Positions 1 through 13,501 of a DNA stretch of 64,000 nucleotides are shown here, one piece after another. The translations under genes were made by a program, and so were the position numbers. The stretch comes from Octopus sinensis (Eukaryota): assembly GCF_006345805.1 (NCBI RefSeq), contig NC_043017.1:30938001-31002000 (forward strand), given 5' to 3'. The notes under the pieces were generated by a model. It saw only the letters and a program-made list of their open reading frames with translations. It had not been told where the DNA came from and did no database searches. How positions within the stretch are numbered: position 1 is the first letter of the stretch; each line of letters starts with the position of its first letter.

Positions 1-21
1 ATATAAAATTTTAGCTATGGA

Positions 22-180
22 TATATAAAGATATATATATATATGTGTGTGTGTGTGTGTATACATAGATATAATGTGTCTATATATCTATACTTCTACA
101 TCTCTCTCTTCCTCTTTCTCCCACTCTCTATGTATACATACATACAGACAGACACACACACACATATATATATATAAATG

Positions 181-214
<34 letters not shown>

Positions 215-258
215 AATATATATGTATTTATATATATATATATAATATATATTATAAG

Positions 259-289
<31 letters not shown>

Positions 290-355
290 CTAAATATATA
301 TATATATATGTTTATATATATATTATAAGTATATATATATATATATATTTATATA
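22..355. repeat. (TA)n/(TG)n microsatellite mosaic
   Basis: Directly visible dinucleotide runs; explains the YI-repeat ORFs. Confidence 0.95.
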
Positions 356-870
356 CGCTATAAAAGAATACACGCATATATGTAGTGCACTTACCTAGAT
401 TGATATATGCCCGAGTGTGTATGTACATGCGTATATAGCAGCGTTGTAGAGAGATAAGCAATTGAATATTCGAATCTTAATGCATATTACTTTCTTCACG
501 TGTATTTTTTGCAGCAATTTCAACACACTATTCTATATATTGTACAGATTTATATCAATTTTAAATATATATTTTTCTAACATGTACACAGCGAAAGATA
601 CGAAGATACCGTACCGTACACAACGACACTGTAACACACAAGCATACTCCCATTTACACACAGACAAGTACACACAAACACATACATATATTTATGTGTG
701 TGCTTGTGCGTGTGTGTGTGTATGTGAGTGTGTGTGTGTGTGTGTGTGTGTTATTCCGTGTAGGGGTAACATATATATCTGCATAGTCTTGAATTATATT
801 AACTGTATTTTCAAGTTTATTGGATTTCATCAAGAATAACAGAGACAAAATATCTAAAGTGTAAATGATA

Positions 871-1272
871 GGCGCAGGAGTGGCTGTGTGGTAAGTAGCT
901 TGTTTAGCAACCGCATGGTTCCGGGTTCAGTCCCACTGCGTGGCACCTTGGGCAAGTGTCTTCTACTATAGCCTCGTGTCGACCAAAGCCTTGTCAGTGG
1001 ATTTGGTAGACAGAAACTGAAAAGAAGCCCGTCGTATATATGTATATATATGTATATATGCATGTGTATATGTTTGTGTGTCTGTTTGTCCCCCTAGCAT
1101 TGCTTGACAACCGATGCTTTTATGGTTACGTCCCCGTTACTTAGCGGTTCGGCAAAAGAGACCGATAGAATAAGTACTGGGTTTACAAAAGAATAAGTCC
1201 CGGGGTCGATTTGCTAGACTAAAAGGCGGTGCTCCAGCATGGCCGCAGTCAAATTACTGAAACAAGCAAAAG
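871..1272 (+). mobile_element. tRNA-derived SINE, family A (near full length)
   Basis: Head ggcgcaggagtggctgtgtggtaag with B-box-like ggttcagtcc, CORE-like accttgggcaagt, and 3' part ...ggtgctccagcatggccgcagtc...gactgaaacaag. Recurs about 10 times in the window. May be a described octopus SINE (OK/OR group); not verified. Confidence 0.9.
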
Positions 1273-1756
1273 ATATATACAGTTTACTTGCAGCGGGTGT
1301 TTAATTAGAAGAAGAGAAATTTGAATTTCAAATTTAATTTAATTTTTAAAAAAAAATTGTTAATAATTTTCAGTTGGTAATATTCCTTATCTGGAAAACA
1401 ATATAAGACTGCTTTTTCGTTTCTATCGCTTTGACATACAATTATAAATATATACGTTTATGTAAGTTTGACTGTAGGAAATTTATAATACAAAATATAA
1501 GTTAAAAATCAAGCTATTTTAATTTATTCAGTGAGTTTTAAAAACAACATGGAGTAGCAAGATTTTGTTCATATAACGAAATAACGAACAAAATTTCTTT
1601 GTCATTTCCAGTATGCATTATTTTTCCTCTCAACCATATTCACAACAATTTTATTTCCAGTGTATGCATATTTTTACGTTTAGGATATGTACTTTGGCAG
1701 TTATCAACATTTCTGGGACACAAAATAATTCGTCGAATATGAACGTATATATACAT

Positions 1757-1966
1757 AACGGGAAAGTTTACGAAAATAAACAAAAGACGAAGGCAGGTGA
1801 AGTGCAAACAAACAAATGTATTAGTATAGCGCTGAGGAATAGAAATAGAAAAAGTATTTTACGTTTCGAGCCTACGCTCTTCGACAGAAAGATACACAGA
1901 AAAAAAAGGGAGAGAAATAAGGAGAGAAAAACATGCGTGTAGGAGTTAACGATCTATCATGGCGTC
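1757..1966 (-). mobile_element. Non-coding repeat family X with minimal HHR-like motif
   Basis: Homologous to 45278-45473 and, inverted, to 45858-46050. Minus strand reads ctgtcga-a-gagc(gtag)gctc-gaaacgta. Confidence 0.7.
1852..1895 (-). ncRNA. Degenerate minimal type I hammerhead (core CUGUCGA)
   Basis: Stem II gagc/gctc, GAAA, palindromic ACGU stem III, GUA site; A6->U deviation and weak stem I. Confidence 0.45.
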
Positions 1967-3029
1967 CTGACTTCGGTACGCATATAAACATGTGTGTGAG
2001 TGAGAGAGAGAGAGAGAGAATGTGTGTGTATGTATATGTGTTGTGCGTCGGTGGGTTTGTGTGTTTAGGTGCTTATATATTGTGTGTCTATGCATATATA
2101 TGGAAAAAGGCATTTATGTACGGATGTTTCTATCTATGTATATACGCAATTGCATAGATGTGAGGGCGTAAAATCAAAGGAACATAAAATATCATGCACA
2201 ATAATAAATGTGAAGTATCAAGTATTTCAAAGAGATTAAGATATCACCATGCTCTGAAAGTTAAATATAGAACGTGTAATTTCGACTATAACGGTAGGGT
2301 CCAGTATAGCTATATATGTGTAAGAAATAAAGGAATGCGTCTTTAATTACAAGCAAGTGTGATTGGTCGTGTTCTGCAGGATTTGGTCAACTTTAGTACA
2401 AAATTAAATATCATTTGTGAAAAAGGGAAAAATCCTCGTGGATAATGCATAATTTTCAAGAAATGAAAAGTGAAAGAGAACGACGGAATGAGAATGCAGT
2501 CTTAGATAGTATGACAAATGAAAACAGACGTAAAGGAACGAGATACAATGAACTGTATTAATGAGAGAAAGATAAAAAGGAATATAGAGGCGGAAATAGG
2601 AAAGGTAACTATAAAAAAATTTAAAGCGAGAAATATATAAAAGTATGTTTATGAAAATTATTTTATAGCCATAAAAATAAGTAAAACAGGATAGACAAAG
2701 AGAGAGTGTGTATATATGTGAGTGTGATACGTCGATAATAAATAAAAAAAACAACAATAAGAATGCCCAAAAACTTAAAACGCGATATACGCAATAAGTA
2801 TGTCAAAGTAATGTGATAGAGAAGAAAGGCAAGAGAAAGGAAGAGAGAGAAAAATAAATCAAGATTAAAAAAAGACAACTAAACTGTTGAAAGGCAGACA
2901 AAAATATGTCAGTTAAAGTTAAATTATACATTCAAAAGAATTGTCGAATATTTCTTCACAGTTTTTCGGGTAATGTATTTTTTTTTTGCATTTATTTCTA
3001 CGTTTTGAACATTTAAAATTCCTATTGTT

Positions 3030-3066
<37 letters not shown>

Positions 3067-3176
3067 ATGTGTGTATATATATATACAAAGAGACAGAGAG
3101 AGAGTCTGTGAGAGAACAAAAGAGAGTGAGAGATAGATATATAGATATACATATACATATGTATTTATGTGAATAT

Positions 3177-3215
<39 letters not shown>

Positions 3216-3556
3216 ATATATGGCTGTTTTATGAATATATATATATATACATACAATTATATGTATATACATATGTATATATATATATATGTATATATAT
3301 ATGTACATATATATATATGTATATATATAGATATATGTATATATATACATATATATATACATTTATATATACATTTATATATATATACACACGATTATGT
3401 ATATACATATGTATATATATATAATATATATATGTATATATATATATTATGTATATATATATATATTACATATATATATATATTTATATACATATATATT
3501 ATATATATATATCACTATATGTATTTTCATATGTATATATATATATATATATATAG
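3030..3556. repeat. (TA)n/(TG)n/(GA)n microsatellite mosaic
   Basis: Direct. Confidence 0.95.
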
Positions 3557-3974
3557 TGGATTTATACTTTCAGCAACGTACTGTTATATAACTGTTATGT
3601 AAATTTATGTAATGTAAGGTGTGTTTAATGACACACGAACACAAACACACACATATATAAATATGATTGTGCGAAGCTTATGTAAGTACGTATGTAATTA
3701 TTTATGCATAAACAAACGCATACATACTCATATATAAAATGTATATACTTGCATTTATCTAAGGTGAGTATTTGTTTATGTCCCTGTACGGATGTATGTG
3801 GATGTTTGTGTGGGTATGTTTGAATAGTTTAATTTGAAATATACAAAAGATCCAATCAACAGAAATATCGCTCATACTGTGAGCTGAACGTAAAGTAGTT
3901 GAAATTCAAAATGGAGAACTTTCAGAAAAAGCCACTCGCACGCGCGCACATTCTCTCACACGTATATAGGAAAT

Positions 3975-3984
3975 AATGTATGTG

Positions 3985-4038
<54 letters not shown>

Positions 4039-4045
4039 ATATATG

Positions 4046-4100
<55 letters not shown>

Positions 4101-4164
4101 ATATAATATATATATATATATGTATATATATATACATATATAATATATATATATATATATGTTA

Positions 4165-4204
<40 letters not shown>

Positions 4205-4268
4205 ATATGTATATATATATGTATATATATGTATATGCTTATGTGTACATATATATATATTATATTAA

Positions 4269-4301
<33 letters not shown>

Positions 4302-4322
4302 CTTATGTGTAAATATATATAT

Positions 4323-4372
<50 letters not shown>

Positions 4373-4412
4373 TATGGGTATGTTTGAGCATATAACATAT
4401 ATATGCCTACGA

Positions 4413-4477
<65 letters not shown>

Positions 4478-4480
4478 AGT
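3975..4480. repeat. (TA)n/(TG)n microsatellite mosaic
   Basis: Direct. Confidence 0.95.
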
Positions 4481-4696
4481 GAAACGTATGACAGCCGCTT
4501 TGAAATATATCGAAAAATATTTTTTAAAACTACGAAAAATTCCCATTGATATGTAAAAACACTTTTGAAAATGAAAGTCTTTTGAAATGTAAACTACACA
4601 CCATCTTTACTTATATTCTTTAATACGTCTACTATACATTTATGTGTTTCTGTCCCTCCACACATATACACTTCCATGTATGTGTATTCAAATATA

Positions 4697-4750
<54 letters not shown>

Positions 4751-4816
4751 TTTATTTATTTATGTAGAGGTAATGCAACCTATCCTTTTGACGTGCTTGT
4801 GGATTTAATAAACAGA

Positions 4817-4817
4817 A

Positions 4818-4902
<85 letters not shown>

Positions 4903-4952
4903 ATTATTATTACTGTTGTTGTTATTATTATTATTTTATTATTATTATTATC
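4817..4952. repeat. (ATT)n microsatellite
   Basis: Direct. Confidence 0.95.
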
Positions 4953-4959
4953 AAGTGAA

Positions 4960-5290
4960 GGCGCATGGCTCAGTGGTTAGAGCGTCGAGCTTACGGTCGT
5001 GAGGTTGTGAGCTGGAATCCCGGACTGGCTGGGTGTTGTGTTCTTGAGCAAGGCACTTTATTTCACGTTGCTCCAGTTCACTCAACTGTAGAAATGAGTT
5101 GCGACGTCACTGGTGCCAAGCTGTATCGACCTTTGTCTTTCCCTTGGATAACACTGGTGGTGTGGAGAGGGGAGTCTGGTATGCATGGGCGACTGCTGGT
5201 CTTCCATAAACAACCTTGTCCGGACTTGTTTCTAGGAGGGTAACTTTCTAGGTGCAATCCCATGGTCATTCATGACCGAAGGGGGTCTAA
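4960..5290 (+). mobile_element. tRNA-derived SINE, family D (CORE-like centre)
   Basis: A-box ggctcagtggtt, decayed B-box, CORE-like ttcttgagcaaggcacttta; sits within (ATT)n. Degenerate minus copy near 61480-61660. Confidence 0.8.
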
Positions 5291-5295
5291 AAAGA

Positions 5296-5334
<39 letters not shown>

Positions 5335-5380
5335 GTTGTTATTATTATTGTTATTAATATTTGTGGTTGCTGTTGTTGTT

Positions 5381-5525
5381 GTTCAGGTCACTGCTGGGAA
5401 TCGAACACGGAATCTTGGGGTTAGTAGCCCTCACTTTTAACCACTATGGACATGTGGCGTAGTGGTTTAGAGCTCGGGCTACTTACCCCAATTCTCCGTG
5501 TTCAATTCCAAGCAGTGACATGAAC
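5381..5525. mobile_element. Head-to-head palindromic pair of tRNA-like units
   Basis: Left arm gttcaggtcactgctgggaatcgaacacggaatcttggggttagtagccc is the reverse complement of right arm gggctacttaccccaattctccgtgttcaattccaagcagtgacatgaac, with a few mismatches. Each half has A-box and B-box motifs. Confidence 0.8.
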
Positions 5526-5539
5526 AACAAAAAACAACC

Positions 5540-5770
5540 ACAATAATAATAATAATTATTATTATTATTATTATTATTATTATCATTATTATTATTATTA
5601 TCATCATCATCATCATCGTCATCATCATCATTATCATTATCATTATCGTTATTATTATTATTATCATTATATAATGATAATGATGATTATGATGATGGTG
5701 ATGGTGGTGGTTGTGATGGTGATGGTGGAGGTGGTGGTGGTGGTGACGATGTTGATGATGATGATGATGA
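5540..5770. repeat. (ATT)/(ATC) then (GAT)/(GGT) triplet mosaic
   Basis: Direct. Confidence 0.9.
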
Positions 5771-5940
5771 TCTGTTCATTAATTCCGTGCATTTTCAGGA
5801 AGTCTAAAGACCAATAAACTAATACTTTATAGCATGCATCTTGAGGTCTGTGCAAAATATAAATTAGTCGCAAAGTGTTAAACTGATGTTGCTATTGTTG
5901 ATGTTGTTATTATCCTTATCCCCATTACTATTGCTAAAGA

Positions 5941-6140
5941 GGTGAGCAGGCAAAAATTGTTAGCACATCTGACAAAATGCTTATACGTATTCGCCCCGTC
6001 ATTACGCTGTGAGTTCAAATTCTGCCGAGGTCAGCTTCGCCTTTTATCTTTTCAAGGTCGATAAAATAAGAACATGCAAATCATTCAGGTCAATTTGATT
6101 GACTAGCCTCCTTTCCCCAAAACTGCTGGACTTGAAACCA
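5941..6140 (+). mobile_element. SINE family B, degenerate
   Basis: gagttcaaattctgccgaggtcagcttcgccttttatc matches the intact family-B copies at 33861 and 54353. Confidence 0.7.
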
Positions 6141-6510
6141 TTATTGTTGTTGCTTCTGCTGTTGACTCACATATTATGAAAACATCGTTTTGATTCTTTC
6201 TCTCTAAGACGAAATATTCAAGCTTTTCCATATTAATATTTCCTTGGTGTACATGTAAAGATGTATTATAATTACTTTAGAAATGCCTACCGTCAGAACC
6301 TGGTGTTAGCCAAAAAAATTTCGTACCCACATATTTTTAAAATATCATGAAATTATATTACATTTTCATATCTAAATAGCCAACCACTTTGAATTATTTT
6401 TGAAGTTTACACGTTGCAATGGCGTGAATGAAACGACAAAAATTCGAAACACACAAACGTCGAAGTGAAAGTGAAAGTAGAAAATGATCAGTTTAGCATA
6501 CACCTATACT

Positions 6511-6921
6511 CTTTTACTCTTTTACTTGTTTCAGTCATTTAACTGCGGCCATGCTGGAGCACCGTTTTTTAGTCGAGCAAATCGACCCCGGGACTTATTC
6601 TTTGTAAGCATAGTACTTATTCTATCGGTCTCTTTTGCCGAACCGCTAAGTGACGGGGACGCAAACACACCAGCATCGGTTGTGAAGCAATGCTAGGGGG
6701 ACAAACACAGACGCACAAACATATACACATGCATATATACATATATATACATAGGTACGACGGGCTTCTTTCAGTTTCCGCTTACCAAATCCACTCACAA
6801 GGCATTGGTCGGCCCGGGGCTATAGCAGAAGACATTTGCTCAAGATGCCACGCAGTGAGACTGAACCCAGAACCATGTGGTTGGTTAGCAAGCTACTTAC
6901 CACACAGCCACTCCTGCGCCT
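6511..6921 (-). mobile_element. SINE family A, full length
   Basis: Reverse complement of 871-1272; ends ccacacagccactcctgcgcc. Confidence 0.9.
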
Positions 6922-8727
6922 ATGAGAAGAAAGTGTTCCAAATAACCGTTAAAATAATTTCAATGATAACATTAAGAGAAGCAATAGCAGCAAAGCGGTT
7001 CTTACAAATATTCTGATATTGTATTCCCTTAAAATTTCAGTTGTGTTGAGATTAAAGTATATTCGACACCAAATGAACAAACGGAATTTTTCCTACAACA
7101 GATTTACAATGAAAATGTACGTTGGAAAATGCTGGAAAACGAAACAGCTTTGCTTTGCCACACGAGAGAGCAAAGCGAAAAATTATATATCGCTGCTTAT
7201 AAAGGGACGGAAGTGGTTTAATTCTTCCCTCAATCAAATAACACAACAACCATTCCAGGACATTTTGAGAGAATTTCCCGTACTTTACGACTGTACCTTT
7301 AAAACTGAACGCTTATCTAAATCACAGAATGAATAGAATTGTCAGTGCATGTTTCAGCGAAGACTCACGTTAAGAGTTATCGGAAGCGGTGTAAATACGA
7401 TGTTATCTGTAAATTTTGTGTTGCAGCATAAGAGAGAGAGAGAGAGAGATAGATCAAAGCATCGTTGATAAAAGGTGACATTTTAACAAGCAGTCGCCAA
7501 AACGGATATGTGAGTCCAAATTAACTCCACGACAAACCAAATGCCATAGTATGACTATGTACAGTAGCTGAACGTGCTTAGATAGAAGGCATGAGAATAC
7601 TGATACGGGACAAAAAGGCTTAGCTGTTATGCTTTAGGCGTAATGTCTTCAATTTTATTAACAATAATATATGTTCTGCAAGCTGTTTATGTTCTGAACC
7701 TAAATGTTTTGTGACATTATAACCTTAGCAAAACTCTGTGGCACCATAGAGACGTAGAGACGTAATTTTCTATATTACCTGCTTATTTGATTTTCGTACA
7801 ACTGTGGAAATTGCTTCATTTACCTCTTCTTCATTACATTCTAATTTCCTGAGGAAGGACTTCGTTATATTCTATGTTTATTGCTTTATGTTGATTATTC
7901 TTTTTGTGTGATTTTCATTCCCTTTTCATGTCGTATTTTCACTTATCTTTGTAGACTTCCAATGTGTAATTATTATTTTGTAACACGTTGCATGATGAAG
8001 GTGTACAACTACAATATTTTCATATATTTGCTAAAGCTGTTATGGAGATATTTTCACCCTCTGCCTCCAGAGCTATAGCTGGTAGTTTGAAAGAATGATT
8101 TTGTTTTTCATATCTACCTTTTAGTGTAAAGAGGACATCTGGGATAATTATTGCTCAGATTAATAAATTGCTTTTAACTAACACAGTACGCATTCCCATT
8201 TTAGTTCGAGTTTCCAAAGGCTACACTCAAATTCTTTACCATATTTCCAAAAATCCAGACTTCAGTTGGCATGTTCTTTTATAAGTTTCATATACCAGCA
8301 TCAAAGAATTTCATGCTTTAAGTCACCCTGTTTCTCAACATTTTACTTCTGTTTTTCTTACAGTACTAAATCGTTACCATGGCTCAGTACCGATTTTCCC
8401 GACTTTATCCACAATGTACAACTTGATGTATCTGTTTTCTTATCGGTTTCTTTAAGAATTTTTCGTAGCAAATGTATTCCATCGTTTTGAAAGAATTGCA
8501 GTTATATTCTGCCAAAAATGGTCGTAATTCTTTTCTGTAGAACAAAACGGAAACTCCTCTTATACAATTTCTGTTGAATTACTGGTGGTATTTTAACATG
8601 CCTATGTTTTTGTGCTGATTTACATCTAACTTTTGTTAGGGATCACCACCTTAATCCCCACCATCATATCTACGTCCCTCACAACTATCCTCCTTACCTC
8701 CATCATCAACAGAATTACCACCACCAA

Positions 8728-8791
<64 letters not shown>

Positions 8792-8812
8792 ACTACTACT
8801 ACTACTACTACA
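8728..8812. repeat. (ACT)n(GCT)n(ACT)n compound microsatellite
   Basis: Direct. Confidence 0.95.
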
Positions 8813-8946
8813 AACAAACTTCTCAGTCCACAACACAACTTATCTTGCGATATATTCGAAAATAACTGATCGAAAAAAGTAGGATATACAAAAAAAAATA
8901 TTCGCATCAAAGTTTGACATAATAACAGAAATATTGTAGATCGGAT

Positions 8947-9123
8947 GTAAGTCGATTACATCGACTCCAGTATTCGTCTGGTACTTGTTTGTATCGACCC
9001 CGAAAGGATGAAAGACAAAGTCGACCTTAGTGGTATTTGAATTCAGGACGTGAAGATAGACGAAATGCAACCTAAACATTTCACCTGATTTAACTGTTTG
9101 AGCGCTTCCTTGCTTGCCAACTT
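8947..9123 (-). mobile_element. SINE family B, degenerate
   Basis: atcgaccccgaaaggatgaaagacaaagtcgacc core. Confidence 0.8.
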
Positions 9124-10459
9124 CATACCACACGTCGCGCGCGCAATGAATGTTTGTGCGCGTAGAGAAATTTTTGCACTTTTCCTATTTCTTTACAACA
9201 AATTTTATTCAAAAGTTCTTCCACGCAGTTCTACAGACGAAAGCACTTGCCTAATTGAATATGCTCCTGCAAAATAAATATTTTCAATTCAGACATTTGC
9301 TTTGCAACTTTGAATTGCATTTTTTCCCCTTACACTGTGTAGGCCCATCCCCCGTCATGGGTATTTCGTGGAAGGAAAGGTGAGAAGATTCTGAGGAAGC
9401 ATTTTAATTTCTAAGGCGAAGTTTCGTAAAAAAACATTCTACCTCATTTTTTTTCTGTATTTTCTTCGAATTTATGCTTTAAAAATCGGTTACGAATCAA
9501 CCAGATTTTTTTTGCCAACAAACTGTAATTTCTCAAACCACCGCTCCTGCATCTGCCGTCTCTATTTCATATTTCACAACCGGGCGTAACTTTTCCCTTT
9601 TTAACTTTTCTCATTAAAATTATTTTAGAATTATATGTTTTAAACAGCAGAGATCATAATTATGCATACAAGTTTTTCCTTTTTTTCCTCCAGTCACTCT
9701 TTTGTGTCTTAGAGTATGCAGTGAATTGTAACTTAAGGATGGCTGCTTACGGTTTATGGTTTTAATGGCATGTTTAGGGTTAAGGTATAAGGCCACAGTT
9801 TAGAGTGAGACTTAGAGCTTCGGTTTAGGACTAGTGTTTAAGGTTCAAGTTTAGTGTTCAAATGGTGAAGGAGTAACAATTTGTGTAGAGAATCATAATC
9901 TTACTCGTTTTAAATAAAAACCTAAAGAAATTGCCGAAAATAAATGAAAATTTCCAACGTTACTCTATTAACGTATTACACCTTGAAACTCTACTTTAGA
10001 ATTACTTAGAATTCGAGCGCCCTCCAAGAATGTTTAATATATTACAGTTTATTAAATTTCCTTAGTTTTCAATTTATTATTATGTCATTTTAGAATTTAT
10101 AATATCGGTATTTTAATGAATGTATGAGAAAACTGTTAGTGGTGGCCTATGAAATATATAAAATTATCACACAACAAATTAAGTAGCAATAACTAAGATG
10201 CATATTATATTTATCACACATGCATTGAAATAATAGAGCAGACATGTTCAACAAAATTTTTCAACGTTTAGTTTTCATGTGAAGCTTTCCATGAATGTAG
10301 TATAATAAGATTTTATATTCGTTGATGAATCATAGACGCCGGTACAGCGTAAGCAAATGAGTCAGATTATCAAAGGATGACACGCAAGAGGCATTGCCTG
10401 CAGTGTATATGATGGATGCAGCATACAGATTTTAGATATTTGGAAACGTTGATTTAGAT

Positions 10460-10804
10460 TCCTAACTACTCCCACATTTTGCGGTACAGTTTAACCAAAA
10501 TCGGGTATCTTATAGTCGTGATTCATATCGAGCCCTTCTGGGTATTAGCGAGCGTCTACGATGAGTCTACGAGTTTTAAAAAGAATTACAATCAATTTTT
10601 CCCATTTTTAATGCATTTTTTGCATATACAAGGGAAGTAAATCTCTAAAAATTTATTATTAAATCTCAGAACGTAAAAAGCTACAGTAACACCCCCCCTT
10701 TGTGGTTAGCCATATTGAGATGGCTATTATACTTTACATCTCTAAAAATGCTTACATAGTTATTTCCCTTACAAACCCGAGCAACGCCGGGCGATACTGC
10801 TAGT
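10460..10804 (+). mobile_element. Probable non-autonomous Helitron (3' end clear, 5' end uncertain)
   Basis: GC-rich hairpin cccg-agcaacgc-cggg (10776-10791) followed after 8 nt by CTAG|T, the canonical Helitron 3' terminus. Confidence 0.5.
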
Positions 10805-11101
10805 TGTCTTATAAAATGTAACACTTGATAACGCATAATTCGTTCTAAGATATGATGTCCAAGTAGTTTATAAGCTCAAAGTCACAAATACGGGGTTAAG
10901 TTTGAACCTTTTAATAATTTTTTTCTGATTCAGAAGACAATAACGTCTATAGATGCAACTATCCCCGTATTGCGCTCATTAAAGCTACATTTGACAATAA
11001 CATCAGCGGCCAATATGTACACGCACAAACAACTGCACGCGGAAGCACACAAATACACAGATATATGGATTCATATACACAAACGCACAGATACGCACCA
11101 C

Positions 11102-11132
<31 letters not shown>

Positions 11133-11288
11133 AATACACACAAACACACACACACACAAGCACGCATAGAAAATTAATATAGACAGCAGTATGCTATGTT
11201 AAAAGATAAACTAAAATTGCTCCTAAATATTTATTGCCAAGTATATATATATATATATATACATGTTCTCTACGAATTTGCCCTGTAG

Positions 11289-11698
11289 CAGGCTTCTTTT
11301 CCATCCTGGTCTCTACTCATCCTGGTTCTTCACGAATCACCCGGACGAAAATAACATCACAAGTCATCTTATTCAATGAGAACTTTTTAGATAATTGCTT
11401 TGAATGCAGTGATGCAAAGAATGCTCATTCATTATGTCATCTGATACTGACTGTGATTTTTGATGCTGTTTGGCTTCAGCAGTCTTCACAAATACAGAAC
11501 TCACTACCAATTTCTGCATCTGACCAGTCCATTGAAAATGGTGATGGTGGCAAATCTGACACCACTTTACATGATGGTAACAATCAGAGTGATGTATTAA
11601 AGGAATATATGAAAGTGTTAACTGGAGACTCTGGTTTAAATCCTGGACAGCATTATTTAATTGTCTCCAAAGATACAGCAGATCGGAAATCCACCTGA
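11289..11698 (+). CDS. Candidate terminal coding exon of an unidentified gene
   Basis: Non-repetitive open frame of about 136 codons after a NAGNAG acceptor (tgtag/cag), A/T-ending codon bias, TGA at 11696-11698, ATTAAA at 11751. Product not recognised. Confidence 0.4.
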
Positions 11699-11894
11699 AG
11701 ATTGTCGATCAAGACATGAAACAATTGTAGTGGCGGTTTTTTAACTTTTTATTAAAATTTTATGTATTGATTAAGTCTTTCCTTGTTTGTTTTGCAAAAT
11801 AGTGGTTTTGTCTCTAATTAATATTATATATATATACTTATATATGTGTGTGCGTGCGTGTGTATATGTGTGTACGTGTATGTATATGCATATA

Positions 11895-12165
11895 TAAAAA
11901 AATACAAAATGGGACAAGAACGAAAACATCCAGATAGAGGATACAAAGAAAACAAGGTCGGGTCATGCGGAGTTGTCTTTCCTCAGTCGAGTTTCAGATC
12001 ATCTTCGCAATTTCGGCTGGTTATACTCGAGATTGCCCCAATCTGGCCAGCCCCAAGGAAAAACTAAACTAGGAGCATTAGATTCCTTGGAAGAAAGGAG
12101 CGAATGTATACGAAAACAAGGACGGAGAAAAACGGAGAATATTACACAAATACAAATAACATGAC
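11895..12165 (+). mobile_element. Non-coding repeat family Y
   Basis: Colinear with the reverse complement of 45480-45790 (aaatacaaatgggacaagaacg...ggccagccccaaggaaaa...cgaatgtatacg); starts at a (TA) tract. Confidence 0.6.
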
Positions 12166-12616
12166 ATAACAAGAGGTGCCTTTCGACTAAGGAAGAATTA
12201 AATTAAGCTGGCATGTGCGGAAGTAAAGCCTTACGGCAGGGATACAGATTTCACAGGTACAGGGAAGAATACAGATGTTGCATGACCAGCGTCGAAACCC
12301 AGAAAGAAAGGTCAGTGTTGGCCGAACACCGATCACGTACGGTGAGAAGAGAGAGAGGTAGAGGCAGAGGGACAGAAGAAATAAGGAGGGGCGAGAAAAA
12401 ATGACAGGGACACAGTGAAGTGAGGAGGAAAAGTGAGCATGAAGAGAAGTCAATGAAATGTGGGAGAGGGAGAACGAAAGAACGAAGAGTGGAATGAACG
12501 AAGTAAGCGTGAAAGGGCTGATAGAAGGAAGGGAAAAAAGAAATAAATGAATAGAGTTCTAGAAGTGTTAGATAAATATACACTTAAATATAAGGAACCA
12601 AAGTATACGTACGCCG

Positions 12617-12653
<37 letters not shown>

Positions 12654-13032
12654 TATATATATAGTATGATTAGTATAATTTTTGGTAGTAACGACTTTGT
12701 CCCTCCTAGTGAGCATTTATGTGTAATAATGCCCTTTATACAATATAGATATAATTAATTTGTTCAAAAGAAAAAAATTATTTTCGGATTCTTTTCTTTT
12801 ATGAGGTTTTCACGCTAGCTACCCGATAATTTCTTGTTAAGATCCCTATTAAGAGATTATCCTTAATTGTTAAACTTATCCGAAATACTTTTCTACCCGA
12901 CTGCAGTTCGTAAAAAAGCCCGCCATTTACCGGATATAGATTATAAACATTCCATGTGCTTGGCCGGAGGTGAACAGTTGTCTGTTCGTCTTCGCTACAT
13001 AAGGTTGGTTATTTATGATGTATTCAGAATCA

Positions 13033-13088
13033 GTTCTGCTGACGATCATTAGACGCAAGTTGTATGTGAAATCACGGTGATACAGAAC
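13033..13088 (+). ncRNA. Type I hammerhead ribozyme, canonical core
   Basis: Stem I gttctg/cagaac, CUGACGA, stem II with GCAA loop, GAAA, stem III atcac-g-gtgat, AUA site (cleavage predicted after 13082). Confidence 0.82.
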
Positions 13089-13501
13089 ATAATTCATTTT
13101 TAAATGTCTTGCTTTGAAAAACTGCATTGGGTATGATTAGTATAATTTGTGTTAGTAACGACTTTGTCCCTCCTAGTGTGAGGCATTATGTGTAATAATG
13201 CCCTTTATACAATATAGATATAATAATTTGTTCAAAAGAAAAAAATTATTTTCGGATTCTTTTCTTTTATGAGGTTTTCACGCTAGCTACCCGATAATTT
13301 CTTGTTAAGATCCCTATTAAGAGATTATCCTTAATTGTTAAACTTATTCCGAAATACTTCATTACCCGACATGCAGTTCGTAAAAAAGCCCGCCATTTAC
13401 CGGATATATGATTTATAAACATTCCATGTGCTTGGCCGGAGTGAACAGTTGTCTGTCGTTTCGCTACATAAGGTTGGTTATTTATGATGTATTCAGAATC
13501 A

